A DNA stretch of 64,000 nucleotides from Turneriella sp. (GTDB taxonomy: Bacteria; Spirochaetota; Leptospiria; Turneriellales; Turneriellaceae): assembly GCA_965279515.1 (NCBI GenBank), contig CBDIID010000003.1, positions 4,704,001 to 4,768,000 of the forward strand, in the 5' to 3' direction. The position numbers and the translations under genes were made by a program. The notes under the pieces are model-generated. The model worked only from the letters and a program-made list of their open reading frames with translations. It was not told the DNA's origin and searched no databases. This document shows positions 58,737 through 64,000 of the stretch, piece by piece. How positions within the stretch are numbered: the stretch's first letter is position 1; each line of letters opens with the position of its first letter.

Positions 58737-60125
58737 TCATCTTCCACCTACCAACATTTCGTCAACCTTCAGCGTCGGCTGTCCCACAGTCACAGGCACG
58801 CTGCCTGAGGATGCCCCGCACATACCAGCGGTAATTTCCAGGTCGGCGGCCACCATCGAGATCTGTGGTAAAATTTCATGGCCCTTACCGATGAGCGTTG
58901 CGCCCCGCACCGGCTCAGAGATTTTCCCGTTGCGGATACGGTAACCTTCTTCGACAGCAAAATTAAATTCCCCCGTCGCTGGGTTCACCGAACCGCCGCC
59001 GAGTTTGGGGGCATAGAGTCCGTCAGTGACGCCCGTGAGCATTTCATCGAGCGTATTGGTGCCGGCGGCAATATAGGTATTGCGCATGCGCGACACCGGC
59101 GCATATTTATACGATTCACGGCGCGCTGAACCCGTGCGGCGTACATTGCATTCAAGCGCGCCAACGCGGTCAGAGATAAAGTTTTTGAGGATGCCATTTT
59201 CGATCAGAACGGTTTTTTCCGTCGGCATGCCCTCGTCGTCGATGGCCACCGAGCCCCAGCTGCCGAAGATGGTGCCGTCGTCGATGGCCGTGACAGCCGT
59301 ATGGGCAATTTGCTGACCGAGCTTTTCTGCGAAAGGCGTGGCTTTTTTGCGCACCGCCTCCGTTTCCAGGGGATGGCCACAGGCTTCGTGGAAAATGACA
59401 CCGCCAAAACCGTTGCCCAGGATGATGGGCATCTTTTTGCCCTCGATATAACCGGCAGACAGCATGCGCACGGCCCGCTCAGCCGCGACGCGTGTGAAAT
59501 GCTCGATATCGAGCTTATCAAAAAATTCAAAACCCTGCAGCGCACCCGGCGACTCACCGGCGACAAAACGTTCGCCATCCTTTTCGGTAGTTACAGACAC
59601 TGAAAACCGTGTGCGTGTGCGTTCATCGGTGACAAACAGCCCTTCGCTATTGGCGATAGAGATTTTTTTCGTGGCATCCCCTAAAGATGCGGAAACCTGA
59701 GCGACCGCCGGGGAGACCGCATACCCGGCTTTTTCGGCCCGCAGCAGCAAAGGCAGCTTCGCAGCCTGACCTGCCTCGGCCGGTCGGCGCAAGACATCTT
59801 GCATGCGCGGGGCATGGGCGAGTGTCGGCAATGCCAGCTTGTCATGCTTTGCCGCCTGGCCACTGGCGGCGCGCGCCGCAACGAGGGCCCGCAGCAGCGT
59901 CATCAGGTCTTCTTCGCTGTCGCTGCCCGTGTAACCATAGACAACATCGCTGCCGTAAAGGAGCCGCAACCCCAGCCCATACTCGATGCCGGCAGTCGCG
60001 GTCTCGATCTTGTGGTCTCTCAGTGAAACCGAGGCATTGCGCGTCTCCTCTTCATAGATGTCGGCGAATGTCGCACCGGCGTCGAGTGCGGCGCCGATGA
60101 CCTTTTCCGCAACGTGGGAATTCAT
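58737..60125 (-). CDS. tldD: Metalloprotease TldD
   Basis: FHEACGHPLE, DDEG, TG.ARR, RM.NT, GGSV...TG.F.F, G.CG..S..VPV..GQP. Confidence 0.92.
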   Translation of the reverse strand: MNSHVAEKVIGAALDAGATFADIYEEETRNASVSLRDHKIETATAGIEYGLGLRLLYGSDVVYGYTGSDSEEDLMTLLRALVAARAASGQAAKHDKLALPTLAHAPRMQDVLRRPAEAGQAAKLPLLLRAEKAGYAVSPAVAQVSASLGDATKKISIANSEGLFVTDERTRTRFSVSVTTEKDGERFVAGESPGALQGFEFFDKLDIEHFTRVAAERAVRMLSAGYIEGKKMPIILGNGFGGVIFHEACGHPLETEAVRKKATPFAEKLGQQIAHTAVTAIDDGTIFGSWGSVAIDDEGMPTEKTVLIENGILKNFISDRVGALECNVRRTGSARRESYKYAPVSRMRNTYIAAGTNTLDEMLTGVTDGLYAPKLGGGSVNPATGEFNFAVEEGYRIRNGKISEPVRGATLIGKGHEILPQISMVAADLEITAGMCGASSGSVPVTVGQPTLKVDEMLVGGR

Positions 60126-60259
60126 ATGCCCGAAATTAACACAAAAACATGTCTGCCAGCTATTAATTAAATTGGGAAGTTATGAAAAAGTAAAATTTAG
60201 GGGCGCAAGCGCTTCGTTTGCGCGCATTCCTTCGCGCGGCATGGCCGCGCATGACTTTT

Positions 60260-61833
60260 TCATAACTTCCGGAGGGGTGCCACGGAGAATTTTGTCAGTC
60301 GTTTCAGGGCCGTTTCTGCAGCGTTAAATCCGCACATACCATGCACACCACCGCCTGGCGGCGTCGAGGCCGAGCACAGCAAAATACGCGGGTTAGGCGT
60401 TGTGTAGGGATTCAGGCGCAGCACGGGGCGCGAAATAAATTGCGCCAGATCGGCGACGCCGCCCGTGATCGCACCGCCGACATAATTGGCGTTGTAGGTT
60501 TCCATCGCCGCCGTATTCATGCTGTGGCGTTTCAGAATTGTTTTCTTAAAACCCGGCGCGAAACGTTCGATCTGGTTATCGATGATCGCCGACATGTCGG
60601 CGCGCGAACCCGCCGGCACATGGCAGTAGGCCCAGAAGGTATGCTTGCCTTTGGGGGCGCGTTTACGGTCAAACTCGCTCTGTTGCGTCACCAGCACAAA
60701 AGGTTGAGTGGGATGTCCCCCGTTCCAGACTTCGGCTTCACTCTGGGCTATTTCAGCGAATGTACCGCCGACATGCACCGTCGATGCCTTCAGGCACTCC
60801 GCATTCTTCCACGGGATGGATTTCCTGAGCGCATAATCGACCTTGAAGATACCGGGACCGTAGCGAAATTTCGCCAGCCGCTTCAGATAACCGGCCGGAA
60901 GCGCGTCCTGAAAGCCATTGACCAATAGGTTGGGACTCGTATCGAACAGATAGATTTTTGCTGCGGGCAGATCGGCGGGTGAACTGACGCGGTGGTTTGT
61001 GACAATCTTGCCGCCGAGTGACTTGAAGTACGAGGCGAGCGCCTTGGTGATCGCATGCGAGCCGCCGGCAGGTATCGGCCAGTTTTTTTTGTGCCCGATG
61101 ATGATGAAGATGAGCGCCACCGCGGCGGTCAGCGATTTATTGAAAGGCAAAATGGAATGCGCCGCGCAGCCGGCGATGAGTGCTTTCGCTTCTTCGCTCT
61201 TAAATCTCTTCGCGAGCGACTCCGCGGTGCGTACCGCCTCAAGCCCGAAGCGCGCCATGAGTATCGGGTGCCTGGGAAATTGCAGCGGCGTCAGCGCACC
61301 CTGGATGAGTTCATCCGCACAACAGACAAAGGGTTTGAGCAGGCGGTGGTAGGTCTTGCCGTCGACCCCAAGGCGGTCAGCCGTCTCTTCGAGAGATTCT
61401 GTGAGCAGCGCCACGTTGCCGTTGTCGAGCGGGTGTGCCACCGAGGCCTCGGGGTAAATCCACCTCAGGCCATGTTCTGCGAGCGGTAGAGTCTTAAAGA
61501 AAGGTGAAACGACACCCATCGGATGCACCGACGAGCAGACATCGTGTTTGAAACCCTTGAGCGTGAGTTCGGCGGTGCGTGTGCCGCCGCCGATTTCTTT
61601 ATGCGCCTCCAGTAGGGTGACGCTGGCGCCCGCCTGAGCCAGCCTGATCGCCGCGGCAAACCCGTTCGGTCCCGAGCCGACGACGACGGCGTCTATAACC
61701 CCACCCCGCGACCATGAGGTCGCTGCCCCTCCCCACGATGTGGAGAGGGGCCTTTGCGGTATTTCTGATTTCTGTTCCCCCTCTCCACGTGTGTGGGGAG
61801 GGGGTTAGGGGGTGGGGTCAGGAGGTTTGCCAT
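60260..61833 (-). pseudogene. Phytoene dehydrogenase-like NAD(P)/FAD oxidoreductase separated from its start codon by a 125-bp insertion
   Basis: Frame is open through DAVVVGSGPNG (61693) to the TPPGGGVHGMCG C-terminus, but has no in-frame ATG/GTG/TTG before the Rossmann motif. Removing 61696-61820 restores ATG 61833. Confidence 0.75.
61696..61820. mobile_element. BoxC/REP-like miniature inverted-repeat element
   Basis: 12-bp terminal IR T(A/G)ACCCCACCCC; internal CCCCTCYCCAC...GTGGRGAGGGG hairpins in inverted arrangement. Confidence 0.8.
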
Positions 61834-63467
61834 GGTAATCTTCCGCGTAGCGTCGCTGCATCGATTTCACCGGACGCAACGTTGCCGGTCGCGAGGTCGT
61901 GGATGCGGTATTCGAGCGTCGTCTTAAAGAGCGGTTCGGATTCCAGGAATACACAGCGCACTTCACCTGGTAAAAAACCGCACTGCGCCTGCACGGCAGC
62001 GGCGAGTTTTTCGTCGTGCAGATGCCCGTCGCCGAAATTATATCCCAGTACCTGCCCGGCGACGACCTCGCCCTCGGCATACTCAAAATCCTCAAAGCGC
62101 GCCACGGCCTTCGGTATAAGTTCTGCAAAGGCGCGGCCGTGCAAATGCATGAGGCGAAATGCCATCACCTTGCTGAGTATGGCGACGGTATCAGACTCGC
62201 TGTAAAACAGGCGCAGCTGGTCGGGCACCCAGCGCGCGCTCGTCGTGAGCTTTTCCAGTTTCTTATGGCTATCCTTTTTAAAGAGCCAGACGCTTGCCGC
62301 CCAGTTGCCGGCATAATAGCGCATCGCTACCAGAAACGACAATGCCTTCGGAAAGATATTGCCGATCAGCGGCAGTGCAATCACCATCACACCCGTGAAT
62401 ACGGCAAGGGGTAGGGGAATTGTCAGAATCGAGACAGAAGCGTGCGCCCAGAACAGGAAAAACGCCGCATAGACGACCATAAAATTCCACTCGATGGGAA
62501 CTCCCATCGGCACATTGCTGGTGATATAGATATGCAAGCCCAGCATCAGCACCATGCCGGCGATGTGGCCATAGCTGCCGATCGGTGAGACCATGAGAAT
62601 AATGGGGATTCCCATCTCGACCGCAGTGCCCCAGTGGCCGGCGATGCGTGCGAGCAACGAGGGATTCACATCTTCGGGATAATTTTTGTACATGAGCCGC
62701 CGCATGAACGCAAAACGCGTGAAGGGGCTGTTCGAATTCATCACGCCGACGACGTAGGGAAAGTGTCTGTTGAGTTTGGAAAAACCTGCCCAGAACCACA
62801 GGCCGAGCTGCACGACTTTCGCGCCGGGGATCCATTCTGAACTTGCGACAAAGAGAAAGCACACAGCAGTCGTCCAGTAGTGTTCGCCCCGCGCTGCTAA
62901 AAAAAGTGTCTGGTCCATCAGTCCCAGAAGCGGCAGCAGCACAACAACCGGAATGATTTCGTTGAAGCCGATGTAGGGCCGTGTCAGTACATAGATGAGC
63001 GCGGCGACCAGGCCCGCATAAAAGAGCACGTCGAGAATGTTGCGGCGGTTGCCGCCGAGTAACGGAAATTTCGGATAGAGCGGCAGCTTTGTCGTGCCTG
63101 GTCGCAGAAAATAGAGAAATCCGCCGAACGGTGGAAAATATCTGCCGGTGAGCGGCCCACTGCCACAGCCTAAACCCAGAACCTCAAAGAGCATGCTCCA
63201 CAGAATCGCTTTTTGAAATGCGATCGGGTTAAAGATCCAGTCACGCCACGCGGCGAGGCCGCCGAGGCCTGGAGTGAAGCTGACGAAAAAGCTCCACATC
63301 CAGATATAGAAAGCAACCTTGAGCACATAGAGTGTGTAGGCGCCGATCGGAGTGCCGTAACCCTGCACAGCCCATGCCTTGCAGGCGAGTTCGGCACGCT
63401 GTGTAAAAGGCAGTTTCTGCCATTCGAGCGGATCGTAGGGGGGAGGGGTCGGTCTGATAAGTCCCAT
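61818..63467 (-). CDS. DUF3556-like multi-pass membrane protein
   Basis: G.GTP, FQK..LW, G.G..SGPL, LRPGT.+LP, AARGEHY, SKLN.HFP, P.G.P.EWN, MRYYAGNW, FR.MH.HGR, NFGDGHLH. Confidence 0.78.
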   Translation of the reverse strand: MGLIRPTPPPYDPLEWQKLPFTQRAELACKAWAVQGYGTPIGAYTLYVLKVAFYIWMWSFFVSFTPGLGGLAAWRDWIFNPIAFQKAILWSMLFEVLGLGCGSGPLTGRYFPPFGGFLYFLRPGTTKLPLYPKFPLLGGNRRNILDVLFYAGLVAALIYVLTRPYIGFNEIIPVVVLLPLLGLMDQTLFLAARGEHYWTTAVCFLFVASSEWIPGAKVVQLGLWFWAGFSKLNRHFPYVVGVMNSNSPFTRFAFMRRLMYKNYPEDVNPSLLARIAGHWGTAVEMGIPIILMVSPIGSYGHIAGMVLMLGLHIYITSNVPMGVPIEWNFMVVYAAFFLFWAHASVSILTIPLPLAVFTGVMVIALPLIGNIFPKALSFLVAMRYYAGNWAASVWLFKKDSHKKLEKLTTSARWVPDQLRLFYSESDTVAILSKVMAFRLMHLHGRAFAELIPKAVARFEDFEYAEGEVVAGQVLGYNFGDGHLHDEKLAAAVQAQCGFLPGEVRCVFLESEPLFKTTLEYRIHDLATGNVASGEIDAATLRGRLPWQTS

Positions 63468-63584
63468 AAGTTTTCCCTCTCCAGAGCTACGTCGAAGGGT
63501 CGAGCAGAAATTTTTTCACCCGCGATGGCCGTGACTATGCCATCTGCTTTACAGAGCCGCGGCGCTTCCGCTTCGTCTCGGCGG

Positions 63585-63944
63585 ATGGGTATAGATCAGA
63601 GACATTTTAAACGCATACTCGCGCGGCGTTTCGGCGGCTGTAACGTGAAGCTTTTAGGGCCTGAGGTTATCAACGCACTACTTGTTGATATATCCGTCGG
63701 CGGGATGAAAATCATGGTTGAGAGAGATATTCCGGAAGCGCAGATTGCTACGGGCGCAGTGGCGACGGGCGAAATTGGCAGCCAGAATCCGGAGTTTCGC
63801 ATGTCGTTCTCAGCGACGGTTGCCTGGCGCCGCAGCTCTGTGCTTGACGGTACCGTTACCACAGCTTTGGGCCTGTGCTTTGCAGATTATACAGAGCTGC
63901 CTGACGCGCTGATGAATCTCGTAGAGAACTACGAGGCTATGTAG
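63585..63944 (+). CDS. PilZ domain protein
   Basis: QRHFKR (RxxxR) and DISVGG (DxSxxG) c-di-GMP motifs; VAW, GL.F. Confidence 0.82.
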   Translation: MGIDQRHFKRILARRFGGCNVKLLGPEVINALLVDISVGGMKIMVERDIPEAQIATGAVATGEIGSQNPEFRMSFSATVAWRRSSVLDGTVTTALGLCFADYTELPDALMNLVENYEAM

Positions 63945-64000
63945 ACAGGGAATCTAAACAAGGGCCACGTGTGCCATGATATGGTTGCCATACCGGGCGC

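Noticed and set aside
57290..60125. tldD/pmbA as part of a RiPP cluster
   Set aside because: No precursor peptide or YcaO/radical-SAM genes; neighbours are galE and folB.
61714..62205. 163-aa plus-strand ORF
   Set aside because: Antisense to DUF3556 and starts within the palindromic element.

Overview
64 kb of a GC-rich bacterial chromosome. Gene content points to a Leptospiraceae spirochaete, possibly Turneriella-like (inferred from the Leptospira-type cimA, a ~920-aa GreA, a 7TM-DISM kinase, a CHASE2 cyclase and spirochaete-style lipoproteins). Most of the window is housekeeping: pdp/deoA, cimA, NAD kinase, the greA...rsmE-thiS-trpS-scpAB-pheA cluster, tag, plsC, kefB/C, prfC, and tldD-pmbA-galE-folB. 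No rRNA, tRNA, CRISPR array, transposase or prophage was seen. Main points of interest: (1) A ~9-kb locus (25.0-34.1 kb) with three Fur-type boxes joins ExbB/ExbD/TonB, a TonB-dependent receptor, DUF4198, PepSY and a porin to a flavinylation module (FMN-binding protein, four-His membrane cytochrome-like protein, ApbE). ApbE has no export signal and joins the membrane protein only through a one-base slip at an A9 run. (2) A structured minus-strand RNA candidate with repeated GGA-loop hairpins (CsrB/RsmZ-like) lies at 43.4-43.6 kb, with a covarying second copy at 51.8 kb. (3) A 125-bp palindromic insert separates a phytoene-dehydrogenase-like gene from its start codon, and precise removal restores both overlapping genes. 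(4) There is a terminator directly behind the greA promoter. (5) Also present are a candidate novel toxin-antitoxin pair, a ferritin-like diiron gene next to a CMD-Rieske fusion, a YihQ-like GH31 lacking the sulfonate-binding Arg, and several apparent pseudoenzymes (M23, M50, CE7). All family calls are from motif recognition by eye; no searches were run.
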